From the IMG/VR virus record IMGVR_UViG_3300027747_001395: a stretch of DNA of 64,000 nt, one strand, 5' to 3'. The notes below the pieces were generated by a model that was not told the origin of the DNA, did not search any database, and saw only the letters and a list, made by a program, of their open reading frames with translations. The DNA is from a virus. Lineage: Duplodnaviria > Heunggongvirae > Uroviricota > Caudoviricetes. This document shows positions 1 to 10,124 of this stretch, piece by piece. Numbering within the stretch: the stretch's first letter is position 1; every line of letters begins with the position of its first letter. A program made the position numbers and the translations under genes.

Positions 1-1
1 T

Positions 2-1405
2 AAGCGTATCAGAGAAAAAGGTATCCCACAGTCAAAATACACAAAAGCATACCATGCTAAGTTCGGTGAGAGCATAGAAAATCTTGATGAAGATGCTCTA
101 GCTGATAAAGCTAAAAAGTCAGGTATTTCACTTGGTACACTAAAGAAAGTTTATCGCCGTGGTGTGGCTGCTTGGAATTCAGGTCATCGCCCTGGGACAA
201 CACCTCAGCAGTGGGGTATGGCTCGCGTGAACTCTTATATTGCTCATGGTAAGGGAACATATGGCGGTGCCGATAAAGATCTTCATGAGGATGACGATAG
301 ACCTATTGCTGTATCTAGAGGTGAAACACCACGTAAAAAGACTCAGAATGTAGAACGAGATCTTACTCCACAAACCCCAAGTAATGATGCAGCGCCCCCT
401 AAAAATCCTGCTTCTGATATGTTCAAGCAGCAACAAATCAAGAAGAAAATTATTGATGAGTTTGACTTTAGTTCTGAAGAATTAGATTTCTTTCTTGAAC
501 ATGGAGTTGAGTTTGGAGAATTACTAGATGAAGCTGTAAATCCAACAAAACGCCAAACCAAAAAGTTAATTTCTAGATGGCATGATAAAGAACAAGGTCA
601 GATGTATGGTGATCTTCCGTATTCATACCACCCTAAAAAGGTAATGAATATTGGTAAAAGAGTATTTGGAACAAGAAGATTCGGACCTGCAACTAAGAAG
701 GTAGCACTTCTACATGACACTCTTGAGGATACTCCACACACGCCTGAGGATCTAAAAGCAAAAGGCTTTACACCTGAAGTAATTAATGCTGTCAAACTTC
801 TCTCGAAGGATAAGAAATTATCTTATAGAGACAATATTGAACGCATCATTAGAAGTGGTGATAAACATGCGCAAATGGTAAAATATGCTGACAATATGGC
901 AAACTATACTGGTGATAAGTCAGGATGGGATCCAGAAAAGCGTAAAGCATCACAGGCTAAGTATATGGATAGTATGAAAAGACTTGGTGCTGTTCTTGGT
1001 GTGAACCATCACGAAAAGCTTGATGAATCCGATAAACCAACATCAAGACTAATCGGTACTGACTCATTGGTAAAGACATACAAGAAGTCAACACCAGGTC
1101 AGAAACTAGATGAAGCATTTAATATTGCTTTTGCTGCTGGTATTGGTCAGACCTATACTGCTGCTGATTTAGGTATGAAAATGCAAGGTGGTTTTGCATA
1201 TCATCCATCAGTCCTTGATCAAATTGAAGAGGATGTTGTATCCGCCGAAAAGGCACCAGTAGTAGTTCCAGCACATATGGATGCTTATGGCAATGTTATT
1301 CCAGCCAAAACAGTACTTCGTAAACTAGGACGTAAAATCATCAGAAGTGGCAACGTCCATAATGGTGATACAGATCAACAAATTGGAGACCCTAATAATG
1401 GATAA
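2..1405 (+). CDS. SpoT/RelA-like HD-domain (p)ppGpp hydrolase, 5'-partial (open frame runs to window edge)
   Basis: Frame open from nt 2. Motifs ALLHDTLEDT...VKLLSK...VKYADNMANY match the SpoT HD hydrolase motifs (HDxxED; IKLADRLHNM). Confidence 0.55.
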   Translation, partial: KRIREKGIPQSKYTKAYHAKFGESIENLDEDALADKAKKSGISLGTLKKVYRRGVAAWNSGHRPGTTPQQWGMARVNSYIAHGKGTYGGADKDLHEDDDRPIAVSRGETPRKKTQNVERDLTPQTPSNDAAPPKNPASDMFKQQQIKKKIIDEFDFSSEELDFFLEHGVEFGELLDEAVNPTKRQTKKLISRWHDKEQGQMYGDLPYSYHPKKVMNIGKRVFGTRRFGPATKKVALLHDTLEDTPHTPEDLKAKGFTPEVINAVKLLSKDKKLSYRDNIERIIRSGDKHAQMVKYADNMANYTGDKSGWDPEKRKASQAKYMDSMKRLGAVLGVNHHEKLDESDKPTSRLIGTDSLVKTYKKSTPGQKLDEAFNIAFAAGIGQTYTAADLGMKMQGGFAYHPSVLDQIEEDVVSAEKAPVVVPAHMDAYGNVIPAKTVLRKLGRKIIRSGNVHNGDTDQQIGDPNNG

Positions 1406-1835
1406 ATTAATTGAAGCTATGAAAAGACTACTAGCGGATGTTTCGGCATTTCGTATTAAGTCACAGTACTATCACTGGAATGTTGAAGGACCTAATTTTC
1501 CACAATATCATAGTCTATTTGAAGAACTATACACTACTGCAGATGAAAATGTAGATGATATTGCAGAACATATTCGTGCTCTTAATGCATATGCACCCGG
1601 TTCACTTGGTAGGTTTCTTGCACTCACAAGTATTCAAGATGAGACAATTGTTCCTGAAGCTTGGGAAATGATTAATCGGATTTCACAAGATAATCTGAAA
1701 GTTCATGCTTCACTCATTCAGTGTCATATTATAGCAGATGAACTCAATCAATATGGGCTTGTTAACTTCCTAGAAGGTCTGCTTGAAGTATATGAAAAGC
1801 AACAATGGAAACTTCGCTCAACACTTAAACGTTAA
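1398..1835 (+). CDS. Dps-like ferritin (DNA-binding protein from starved cells family)
   Basis: ATG at 1398 overlaps the upstream stop. YYHWNVEGPNFPQYHSLFEELY...IAEHIRALN matches the Dps ferroxidase-site pattern (HWNVkG..F..LH..fEE). Confidence 0.6.
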   Translation: MDKLIEAMKRLLADVSAFRIKSQYYHWNVEGPNFPQYHSLFEELYTTADENVDDIAEHIRALNAYAPGSLGRFLALTSIQDETIVPEAWEMINRISQDNLKVHASLIQCHIIADELNQYGLVNFLEGLLEVYEKQQWKLRSTLKR

Positions 1836-1879
1836 ATTTAGTTTTAATAAATAACCAATAGAAATTCTAGGAGAAGAAA

Positions 1880-4066
1880 ATGAAGAATAATAGTTTTTTA
1901 ACTAGCTTAAGCAAGGATCTCGTAAGAGACGTCCGTGATCTTATGGCTGGTAATTCATCAGTTGAAGCACCACTTGAAGAACTTGGTGAAGCAGCTAAGG
2001 TACTTTCAGATAAGCAAAAGAAGCTTGACAAGAACCACAATAATAAGCTTGATGCAGATGATTTTCGTCGTCTTCGTGGTGAGGGTATTGATCGTGTAGT
2101 TATTCATTCACCATATACACCAGATATTCATGGTGGTCTTGCTGAAGTAACCCATCGTGATCTTCGTACTGGCATTGTTACAGTCATGTTTGAGAATATG
2201 TATTACAAACTCAAGAAGGGTCAGTTTACAGAACTCCCAGAAAACTTCGAGCAGCTTGATGAACTTTCAAAGAAGACTCTAGGTTCATATGTAAAGAAAG
2301 CAGCTAACTCAATGGCACAGAGCCATGCTGAGGTTGAAAAGGCTCGTGCGGATCGTAATGCAGCCCATGCTATTGATTATGCAACTACAGGTACTCCTTC
2401 TGATGTTCGCCAAAAGGTAAAAGATATTATCTCAAACGATGCTTCTAAGCGTGAGAAGACACACTTTAAAGATGTAGTAAAGCGTCACACAGGTATCAAT
2501 AAAGCTGCTGATAAACTTACCAAGGAAGAAGTAGAAGATCTTGATGAAGCAAAAAAGAAACATCAGTATATTGAAGTAGTAAATAAGTATACTGGTGGTA
2601 TTACCAAGCATAAAGTTCATCCAGATAAGGCATTTGCTGCACTAAATCACTTTAGAAGTGATATGCATACTAAGTCGGCAAGAATTGTTCATGAAGATCT
2701 TGAAGAAACATTTGAAATCTATGATCTAACTGAACTCAATGAAGGTGCTGGAACACTCAAGGGTCTACCAAAGCACATGATCAAGACAATTGTACACAGT
2801 GTACATGGTGGTGAGAATTCACCAGTTGAAGAACATGGTAGATCACCTAATCACAGTCATCTTCGTACTACACTTAGTAAGGCTATGAGTTCTGGTGATG
2901 TTTCAGTAGTTCATGTCAATGGTAAACCAGTTTCGGCAGTTCATATCTCCTCCCCAGATAGTAGACCAAAGTATGGTGTCGGTGACGAGACTAGTAACAG
3001 ATCAATTACTAGAACACAACAACAACACAATACCGGTAAATATGATAGTCGTACAAAAAAATATATTCCTGCTAAGTATCATGATTATCAGAGCCCACAT
3101 CACTCAAAGGAAGAAGCACTTCACAGAGTAATGAATGCTATTGAGAAGCACACTGGTGATCTTACTGATAAGGCTACTTACAAGAAGCACAATATTGAGA
3201 TCAAGTCATATAAGCGTGACCCAAAGCGGGCTGAAGTTTCTGCAAATCGAACCAAGAATAAGCCAAACATGCAGTCTAACTATGTTAACTATGCACCTGG
3301 TGAAGCAAGACCTGCATATTCAACTGTAAAGAAAACTTCAAGTACACCTGCTGGTGATATGAGTGGCATCAAGTCTAAAGCACTTGATAAGATGGCTGAT
3401 AAGCATGTTGTAGATAATTCATCACCAAAGACTAAAGCAGAAGAACTACATGCAGCTCTTGGTAAAGCTATTGCTTCTGGTGACACCAGACAAGCTAAAT
3501 CTCACATGGATGCGCTAGATCAACACGTTCGTCAGAAAGGTATTGGTTCAGAATCACCAACAAGATCTAGATATAAAGATGCGGTAAAAGATCTGCGTGA
3601 TCGTGGTGGCTACAGTAAGGATTATGCAAGAAGCAGTATCAAGGATATGAAAGCTGGTGGTAAGATCAAGGAAGATATCGAACTTTCACAAGATGAAATT
3701 GATATGATCGAAGCTTCACTTGCAGATCTAGATGAAGGACGTGGTCGCCCACCAAAGGAAGGTTCTGCAGCATGGAAACTTCGTCAGACACAGGCAGCAG
3801 AAGATGTTCCAGCTCTTGGTATTCAACTACGCAAAGCTGCTTCAATAAATAAGCCTGTAACCTTTGCTAATGGTGAATCAAAAGAAATTCATCGTAACCA
3901 CATTGACCGCTTTAATGATCATATGGATGCTCGCAAAACTTCACAGGAAAAAGCAAACTTCCAAAAGACCGCCAATAAATCACATGCCGACTTTGTCAAA
4001 GCAGTTACTGCCGATATTCCACATCGCACAAAGGACACTGGCGAAATAGTTAAATACGGTCGGTAA
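1880..4066 (+). CDS. Large hydrophilic Lys/Asp-rich hypothetical protein (728 aa)
   Basis: Long ORF with RBS aggagaagaaaATG. Low-complexity charged composition, no recognisable domain. Confidence 0.6.
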   Translation: MKNNSFLTSLSKDLVRDVRDLMAGNSSVEAPLEELGEAAKVLSDKQKKLDKNHNNKLDADDFRRLRGEGIDRVVIHSPYTPDIHGGLAEVTHRDLRTGIVTVMFENMYYKLKKGQFTELPENFEQLDELSKKTLGSYVKKAANSMAQSHAEVEKARADRNAAHAIDYATTGTPSDVRQKVKDIISNDASKREKTHFKDVVKRHTGINKAADKLTKEEVEDLDEAKKKHQYIEVVNKYTGGITKHKVHPDKAFAALNHFRSDMHTKSARIVHEDLEETFEIYDLTELNEGAGTLKGLPKHMIKTIVHSVHGGENSPVEEHGRSPNHSHLRTTLSKAMSSGDVSVVHVNGKPVSAVHISSPDSRPKYGVGDETSNRSITRTQQQHNTGKYDSRTKKYIPAKYHDYQSPHHSKEEALHRVMNAIEKHTGDLTDKATYKKHNIEIKSYKRDPKRAEVSANRTKNKPNMQSNYVNYAPGEARPAYSTVKKTSSTPAGDMSGIKSKALDKMADKHVVDNSSPKTKAEELHAALGKAIASGDTRQAKSHMDALDQHVRQKGIGSESPTRSRYKDAVKDLRDRGGYSKDYARSSIKDMKAGGKIKEDIELSQDEIDMIEASLADLDEGRGRPPKEGSAAWKLRQTQAAEDVPALGIQLRKAASINKPVTFANGESKEIHRNHIDRFNDHMDARKTSQEKANFQKTANKSHADFVKAVTADIPHRTKDTGEIVKYGR

Positions 4067-4092
4067 TTAAAATTTAATTTAGGAGAAAAGAA

Positions 4093-4698
4093 ATGTCACT
4101 TTGGGGCAATAAAGATCAATCTAATAATTCACCAATTTTCACGCCACTACAAGTAAATCTTAGTATAACTGCAAATAATGCTAATGCTGTTTTTGGTAAC
4201 ACTACATTTGGTGCATTTAAAAATAACAACGTAGCAATGAAAGAAGCTGTAGGTGTGTTTGGTATTAGTACTGTTGAAGCTGCAAATGCAGTCTCTGGTG
4301 GTACTAAGGCTGCACATGCCGGATGGAATATGCGCACAGCATATACCGGTCCATTAACAGGTATTACTATTGTAGCACCAGGTAAACTTTTCACCAATGG
4401 TGATATTATCACAGTAAATCCAGGTACAAGTGCTGTTTCTGCAAATGCAACTGCTACAATTGCTACTAACGGTTTGGGTAACGTAGTTTCAGTATCAATT
4501 ACATCTGTGGGTGCTGGTTTTACTGCCACAGCAATATCTAATGCTTCTGTTACATTTGCTAATTCAACTGGTGGTGCATCACTTGGAAGTCTTGCAAATA
4601 TCACTGGAACTGCTGGCGGTAGAGCAGGACGTATTCAACTTGAAACACTAGTTGCAATGGGTTCAATTACTGGTGACAGTGACGGTACAATTTTCTGA
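4093..4698 (+). CDS. Ala/Thr/Gly/Ser/Asn-rich structural-like protein
   Basis: RBS aggagaaaagaaATG. Beta-rich low-complexity composition typical of fibre or decoration proteins. Followed by a strong terminator. Confidence 0.55.
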   Translation: MSLWGNKDQSNNSPIFTPLQVNLSITANNANAVFGNTTFGAFKNNNVAMKEAVGVFGISTVEAANAVSGGTKAAHAGWNMRTAYTGPLTGITIVAPGKLFTNGDIITVNPGTSAVSANATATIATNGLGNVVSVSITSVGAGFTATAISNASVTFANSTGGASLGSLANITGTAGGRAGRIQLETLVAMGSITGDSDGTIF

Positions 4699-4705
4699 TT
4701 TGGTT

Positions 4706-4738
4706 GGGGTGGTTGTTAATTCAGCCACCCCATTTTTA
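4706..4738 (+). terminator. Rho-independent terminator
   Basis: ggggtgg-ttgttaattcag-ccacccc stem-loop followed by atttttaag. Confidence 0.7.
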
Positions 4739-4752
4739 AGTAGAACTATAAA

Positions 4753-5136
4753 ATGAATTTAGATCATGTTAATGAAAATAACTTTCTATTATTTGCTGCA
4801 AAACATTATGATAACCCACAATGCCATAATACTCAAGAATTCTATGATGATCTAAATAGATTTAAATATATAAAACGACTTTTTATTAAATATTTAGAAT
4901 ATGGTGAACTACGTGAACGATTAATTTTAAATCATATAACGATTCTATATAATGTATTTAATGATGCAACTACCGAAATGTTATTCTTTAAACTTGATGG
5001 TTATCATGAACTATTAAAGCCATTTTTGATTCTACTTAATAGAATACCAGATAAGATAATCTATAATAATATTTCAATATATAGTAGTGACATAGATATG
5101 AATGCTAATATAATTAAGATACTAAGGATGATTTAA
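4753..5136 (+). CDS. Hypothetical protein (AT-rich)
   Basis: ORF of 127 aa. Its low GC relative to neighbours suggests a morons-like insertion. Confidence 0.45.
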   Translation: MNLDHVNENNFLLFAAKHYDNPQCHNTQEFYDDLNRFKYIKRLFIKYLEYGELRERLILNHITILYNVFNDATTEMLFFKLDGYHELLKPFLILLNRIPDKIIYNNISIYSSDIDMNANIIKILRMI

Positions 5137-5498
5137 TGCTTGAAGCAAAAGATTCTAGAGAATATGGATATGAAGGTGAGATGGTTATGTCTCAACTTAA
5201 AGGTATTATCTCACATTCTAAACAACTGCATGATATGTTAGAACCTGATACTGATTTACCTGAGTGGGTTCAATCAAAGATTACATTAGCATATGACTAT
5301 ATTCAGACTGCTGCCGATTATATGGCTACTGAGTTAGATGAAGATATGGCAATGCCAACTAACAATGCCGGCAGTGGAAAGATTGCAGCAATTGGCATAG
5401 GATCTCAAGGTGAGCCAGGTGTGTCCAAGAAACGAAATCCAATTCTACAATCAACTGGCCGCCGTAAATCACTCACTGACTTTATGCGAGGTAACTGA
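5136..5498 (+). CDS. Hypothetical protein
   Basis: ORF of 120 aa with start overlapping the upstream stop (ATGA). Confidence 0.5.
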   Translation: MLEAKDSREYGYEGEMVMSQLKGIISHSKQLHDMLEPDTDLPEWVQSKITLAYDYIQTAADYMATELDEDMAMPTNNAGSGKIAAIGIGSQGEPGVSKKRNPILQSTGRRKSLTDFMRGN

Positions 5499-5914
5499 TG
5501 TTTGGTTTAGCACTTCGTTTACTTGGTATTGGTAAACTCATTAGACAGTTTATTTTCAACAATTGGAAACTTTTTGTTGGTATTACCGTTATAATAGGTG
5601 CTTATTATTATGTGAACCATATAAAGCATGTTGCTTATCAATCTGGTCGTAATGATGTAGTTGCTGAAGTTAAAGCAGAAACTGAAACAGAAAATAACCG
5701 AAATAGAATCTTTGAACAAAAGCTTCAGACTATTGTCGATACATACGGTAAGACTGCAGTTCAAGAAGCTTCAAAACGAATTGAAAAAGAAACTATCCAG
5801 ACTAACACAATTCAGACTTTAATTAAAGAGAAGTCAATTTATACCGAATGCAAAGTTGATCAAGCAGTAACAGATGCACGTAATGCAATTAGAGAACTAG
5901 GACCAACACCATGA
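5498..5914 (+). CDS. i-spanin-like protein (N-terminal TM plus coiled-coil periplasmic domain)
   Basis: N-terminal hydrophobic helix LFVGITVIIGAYYYV, then a charged coiled-coil region. Immediately followed by a lipoprotein gene with 4-nt overlap. Confidence 0.45.
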   Translation: MFGLALRLLGIGKLIRQFIFNNWKLFVGITVIIGAYYYVNHIKHVAYQSGRNDVVAEVKAETETENNRNRIFEQKLQTIVDTYGKTAVQEASKRIEKETIQTNTIQTLIKEKSIYTECKVDQAVTDARNAIRELGPTP

Positions 5915-6210
5915 AAAAGTTAATCTTGCCATTTCTTTTGTTGTTGAGTGCTTGTGGTCATGATAATGCACATGTGGTTCCAGGTGTTAAGCCAGTAGTA
6001 ATCCCAGCACTTCCTGCTAATCTTTCTATTAAAGCTAAACGACTACCTGATATTAAAGATAATACAATGGGTGGTAGAGAAGTAATTGGTGCCGCTGATG
6101 ATCAAGCTTATAATTCTGTAGCACATCAACTTAATAAAGTAATTGATCTATATGATTGTGTCCGAGACTCTATAAATAATAAGAAAAATGCAGAGGGATG
6201 CTTAAAATGA
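5911..6210 (+). CDS. o-spanin-like outer-membrane lipoprotein
   Basis: Signal peptide plus lipobox LLLSAC-G. 99 aa. Adjacent to the i-spanin candidate. Confidence 0.5.
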   Translation: MKKLILPFLLLLSACGHDNAHVVPGVKPVVIPALPANLSIKAKRLPDIKDNTMGGREVIGAADDQAYNSVAHQLNKVIDLYDCVRDSINNKKNAEGCLK

Positions 6211-6455
6211 AGCAGTTTAAAGACTTTATTAGTGAAGCGGAAGATCTAAATGATCCAACAGAAACTAAGAAGTCACTACTAGCTTTAATTTCATCAAATT
6301 TCTTCCGATTTGCAAGTACAGATAAAACAGATACACGTTCTTTATTAATGCTTATTGCAGCTTTAGGTATTCTAAATGCAGGTAATGATCTTAATTCATT
6401 AAACCTTGCAAGAAGATTAGCTACTGGCGCTTTATCTCGTGGTAATTTAAAATAA
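6198..6455 (+). CDS. Hypothetical protein
   Basis: ORF of 85 aa. Confidence 0.35.
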   Translation: MLKMKQFKDFISEAEDLNDPTETKKSLLALISSNFFRFASTDKTDTRSLLMLIAALGILNAGNDLNSLNLARRLATGALSRGNLK

Positions 6456-6473
6456 AAAATTAGCGAGGGACTT

Positions 6474-6695
6474 ATGAATAATATAAAACAAATTATGAGT
6501 GACATTAACGGAAATCTTTCATCCAAACGACTTGTTACATTTATTTCCTTAGCACTTATTGTTGCTGGTTATGTAGCCAATCTTGTTTATGGCAAAGTTG
6601 TAGACCAAAATATGTTTAATTCTGTTATGTACATTGTAGTTGCTGGATTAGGCTTTACAGGTGCTGAACAATTTGCACCAACGAGATCACAATGA
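6474..6695 (+). CDS. Holin-like small membrane protein (2 TM)
   Basis: 73 aa with two hydrophobic helices and a charged C-terminus. RBS agcgagggacttATG. Sits next to the spanins. Confidence 0.45.
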   Translation: MNNIKQIMSDINGNLSSKRLVTFISLALIVAGYVANLVYGKVVDQNMFNSVMYIVVAGLGFTGAEQFAPTRSQ

Positions 6696-7177
6696 GCAGC
6701 ACAAATTTAGAAATACGAAAAATTGAAGAAAATGTTTCTTCACTTCAACGAGACATGGCTCAGGTAGGTCAATTAGTAGATAGACTTGATGTGACAATTG
6801 AAAAGTTAACAGAAGTTTCTACTACTGTATCACAGCTTCTAGCGGTTCAAGCAAACAGACTCGAAGTTCAAGAAAAAACAGCAGATAAAATTCAAGATCT
6901 AATCGAGCAAAGAAGAATGGAAACAGATAAAACTCTTAAGGATCTTTACGATCGAATTGATGACGTAGAAGTAGACCTTCAAAAAGAAATAAAAGAAAAT
7001 CAAGCAGAAGTTCTAAAAAAGATTCAAGAATTAAAAGATTCAGGAACAACGCAACATAATCATTTAGAACAACGTCTGACTAAACTTGAAAAGTGGATAT
7101 GGATCATTATCGGTGGCGGTGTTGTTATTGGATTTTTAATGGATAAAATTAATCTGATTTCATTATTTCACAACTAA
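6692..7177 (+). CDS. Coiled-coil protein with C-terminal TM anchor
   Basis: 161 aa, heptad-rich, with C-terminal WIWIIIGGGVVIGFLM. Confidence 0.45.
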   Translation: MSSTNLEIRKIEENVSSLQRDMAQVGQLVDRLDVTIEKLTEVSTTVSQLLAVQANRLEVQEKTADKIQDLIEQRRMETDKTLKDLYDRIDDVEVDLQKEIKENQAEVLKKIQELKDSGTTQHNHLEQRLTKLEKWIWIIIGGGVVIGFLMDKINLISLFHN

Positions 7178-7181
7178 TTTG

Positions 7182-7209
7182 TTTACATAATTGCTAATAT
7201 GTATATAAT
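7182..7209 (+). promoter_or_regulatory. sigma70-like promoter (TTTACA-N16/17-TATAAT) upstream of primase
   Basis: gtTTACAtaattgctaatatgtaTATAATg. Confidence 0.5.
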
Positions 7210-7247
7210 GACTTATAAGGTCAATAGTTATATGTTAGTGAGAAGTA

Positions 7248-8273
7248 ATGAATTGGATTGATTTGAAGTATGTGAATATGTTATCAATCAGACTTGAACG
7301 ATTTAAAAAGGTTCAAGACAGGTTCAACATGCGTTGTCCTATCTGTGGTGATTCAAAAAAGAATAATTCAAAGACACGAGGTTGGATTCTACCTCATGGA
7401 AATAAAACTAGATACTATTGTCATAACTGTAATGTAAGCTTAAGTCTGTCTGATTTTATCAAGTCGGTGGATCAGAATCTTTATTTTGAATACATCAAAG
7501 ATGTAATGATTGAGAAGTCAGGTACTGCTCAACTTACACCAGTTCAAGAATTTGCTAATTGTATGAAGAAACCAGTCTTCATCAAAAGCACCGCATTATC
7601 AGCATTAAAGAAAATCTCTCAACTAGAACCTAGTCACCCTGCAAAACTATATGTATCCGACAGAATGATTCCATCTGAAACTCACTATAAACTATTTTAT
7701 GCACCAAAGTTCAAAAAGTGGGTTAATAGTATTATACCTGGCAAATTTGAAAGTACAGAACTTGATGAACCCAGGCTCATTATACCATTCCTAGATAAAA
7801 ATAAAATATTCTTTGGGTTTCAAGGTCGGTCTTTTAAAGCTAAAGATGATCTAAAATATATTACTATTCTATTAGATGAAAGTAAACCCAAGGTTTTTGG
7901 GCTGGATACTGTAGACCCTACTTCTAAAATATATGCATTTGAAGGACCTTTGGACTCATTATTTATTCCTAATTCTATTGCGTCTGCTGGCGGTAGAATT
8001 GACTCAAGTCTTTTGTTGACAAATTTACCAAAATATAATATAGTGGTTGTATATGACTATGAACCACGAAGTGTTGAAACGGTCCATAAAATGGAAGCAG
8101 CAATTGCTGACGGTTATTCAGTTTGTTTTTGGCCTGAACTTGATTATAAAGATGTAAATGATATGGTCAAGAAAGGTGGATATTCTCAAGAATATATAAA
8201 ACATATGATTGATTCCAATACTTATAGTGGACTCAAAGCGCAACTTCAATTAGCTATATGGAAGAAAGTTTAA
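7248..8273 (+). CDS. DNA primase (T4 gp61-like: Zn-ribbon plus TOPRIM)
   Basis: N-terminal CPICGD...CHNC zinc ribbon. TOPRIM residues YAFEGPLDSLF and VVVYDYEPRS...DVNDM. Length 341 aa, like gp61. Confidence 0.7.
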   Translation: MNWIDLKYVNMLSIRLERFKKVQDRFNMRCPICGDSKKNNSKTRGWILPHGNKTRYYCHNCNVSLSLSDFIKSVDQNLYFEYIKDVMIEKSGTAQLTPVQEFANCMKKPVFIKSTALSALKKISQLEPSHPAKLYVSDRMIPSETHYKLFYAPKFKKWVNSIIPGKFESTELDEPRLIIPFLDKNKIFFGFQGRSFKAKDDLKYITILLDESKPKVFGLDTVDPTSKIYAFEGPLDSLFIPNSIASAGGRIDSSLLLTNLPKYNIVVVYDYEPRSVETVHKMEAAIADGYSVCFWPELDYKDVNDMVKKGGYSQEYIKHMIDSNTYSGLKAQLQLAIWKKV

Positions 8274-8370
8274 TGTGGAAACGGATTTTGTGTAGATTTG
8301 GATGGCATTCCTGGACTCCTTGGGATACACCACGATTGCTTGAAAATGGATCTGGTCTTCAGTATCGTAA

Positions 8371-8916
8371 GTGTACAATTTGCAACCTCCAAAAGAAACA
8401 TATTATATGATGACATTTCGTGAACGCATGCTTTTCTTAGAGAAGCTAAAAGTAAACAATCATGCTGGTGGTACTTACATGTGTGTCAATATATCTACTA
8501 AAACGCAGAAAGATCTTTCTGCTTGGGTTGCAACTCATAATATTCCCAATGCCTCAGATCCTAAGCAATATCACACCACAATCATCTATAGTCGCAAGGG
8601 TGTTCCTGATGTTAAAGACTATAAACTTGATCTACCACTTACTGGTAAAATAACTAAGTGGGATATTTTCAAGAATGGTGATAAGAACTGTTTGGTAGCT
8701 TTGATTGACTGCCCAGAACTTGTAGAACACCATAAGTCTATTAGAGCACAATTTGGTGCTACTCATGATTTTCCAGACTTCAAGCCTCATATTACAATTA
8801 GTTACGATTATGGTAATACTGATATTCCGAAAGAACTACCGTCGGTTCCTATTGTCTTTACAAAGATACATATTGAGCCACTAGATTCTGACTTCACACC
8901 AGCAAAGGCCGACTGA
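8371..8916 (+). CDS. 2H phosphoesterase superfamily protein (LigT / 2'-5' RNA ligase-like)
   Basis: Two H-x-T/S-x motifs (YHTTIIYS and KPHITISYD) with the spacing typical of 2H enzymes. Confidence 0.55.
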   Translation: MYNLQPPKETYYMMTFRERMLFLEKLKVNNHAGGTYMCVNISTKTQKDLSAWVATHNIPNASDPKQYHTTIIYSRKGVPDVKDYKLDLPLTGKITKWDIFKNGDKNCLVALIDCPELVEHHKSIRAQFGATHDFPDFKPHITISYDYGNTDIPKELPSVPIVFTKIHIEPLDSDFTPAKAD

Positions 8917-8917
8917 T

Positions 8918-9310
8918 ATGAAAGTTATTGTTGCTGGTAATCGGTATAAAGATTCACAAAATAAGATTGTCTTTGATGATTACGACTTAGTTTTAAGTGC
9001 AATCAACTCTTGCGGCTTCTTCATAGATGAACTTGTAAGTGGTACTGCAATCGGGGTTGATCAACTTGGTGAGCAATGGGCACAAACAAGAAGTATTCCT
9101 ATCACAAGAATGCCTGCTGATTGGAACAAATATAATAAAGGTGCTGGTCCAATTCGAAATAGAGCAATGGCTGTTTATGCTGATGCTGCAGTTATTGTCT
9201 GGGATGGTACTTCTGAGGGCACCAGAAGTATGATTAATGAGATGATCCGCATTAAAAAGCCTTATCATCTTCAACTGTCACTATCAACATTGGAGTCTTT
9301 TTATGAGTAA
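8918..9310 (+). CDS. DUF2493 / SLOG-family (YspA-like) protein
   Basis: KVIVAGNR...GVDQLGEQWA...IVWDG pattern typical of the phage SLOG/DprA-like Rossmann family. Confidence 0.5.
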   Translation: MKVIVAGNRYKDSQNKIVFDDYDLVLSAINSCGFFIDELVSGTAIGVDQLGEQWAQTRSIPITRMPADWNKYNKGAGPIRNRAMAVYADAAVIVWDGTSEGTRSMINEMIRIKKPYHLQLSLSTLESFYE

Positions 9311-9980
9311 AGCGAATCTAGTAGGTATTACTATACCAAATTATAAGTACACAAATTGCGACACACCAGAAGAATTAGTAGCTTGGTGTGCTCGTGTAAG
9401 CAATCCTTCTAATCAGAATAATACTGCAACTGCAGGTAAGTTGCTTAAATATCTAATTTCACATCAGCATTGGAGCCCACTTGAAATGCTCCATGTTGCA
9501 ATCGAAGTTAGAACTACCAGAGATATTGCTCGCCAGATGTTACGTCATCGGTCATTTTCCTTTCAAGAATTCAGTCAGCGATATGCAGATCCAACTAAGG
9601 ATCTTGGTTTTGTCACTCGTGAAGCAAGACTTCAGGATACTAAGAATCGCCAAGCTTCTATTGAAGTAGATGATGACACACTTGCAAATGCCTGGTACCA
9701 CTATCAGAAGCGGGTGATTGCTGTCAGCCTTGATGCTTTCAAATGGGCAATTGACAATGGTATTGCAAAGGAACAAGCTCGTGCTGTTTTACCAGAAGGT
9801 CTCACAGAATCGGTGGTAATCGTGTCTGGAACTCTTCGTTCATGGGTTCACTATTGTCAACTTCGTATGGATCAAGCTACTCAGAAAGAACATCGGATTG
9901 TAGCTGAGCAGTGTTGGGCTATTATTGCTAAGGAATTTCCTTCTATTCTTGAGGCATTAAGCAATGATGATTCATTATAA
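9303..9980 (+). CDS. thyX: Flavin-dependent thymidylate synthase ThyX
   Basis: ThyX motif RHRSFSFQEFSQRY (RHRxxSxxxxSxRY). Confidence 0.8.
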   Translation: MSKANLVGITIPNYKYTNCDTPEELVAWCARVSNPSNQNNTATAGKLLKYLISHQHWSPLEMLHVAIEVRTTRDIARQMLRHRSFSFQEFSQRYADPTKDLGFVTREARLQDTKNRQASIEVDDDTLANAWYHYQKRVIAVSLDAFKWAIDNGIAKEQARAVLPEGLTESVVIVSGTLRSWVHYCQLRMDQATQKEHRIVAEQCWAIIAKEFPSILEALSNDDSL

Positions 9981-10124
9981 TATAAATTCAACAACATGTA
10001 ATTGTATGGTTTGTGATGAGACTTTAATTCCAGAACAAGTAACATCACATTCTTGTGCTTCATATCTTAAGAAAAGAATAGAAGTATTAGAAGCAAAAGT
10101 GAATAAGTTATTAAGTGAGTCAGA

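Noticed and set aside
4116-4604. Minus-strand 162-aa ORF
   Set aside because: It is a mirror ORF inside the low-complexity Ala/Thr-rich structural gene.
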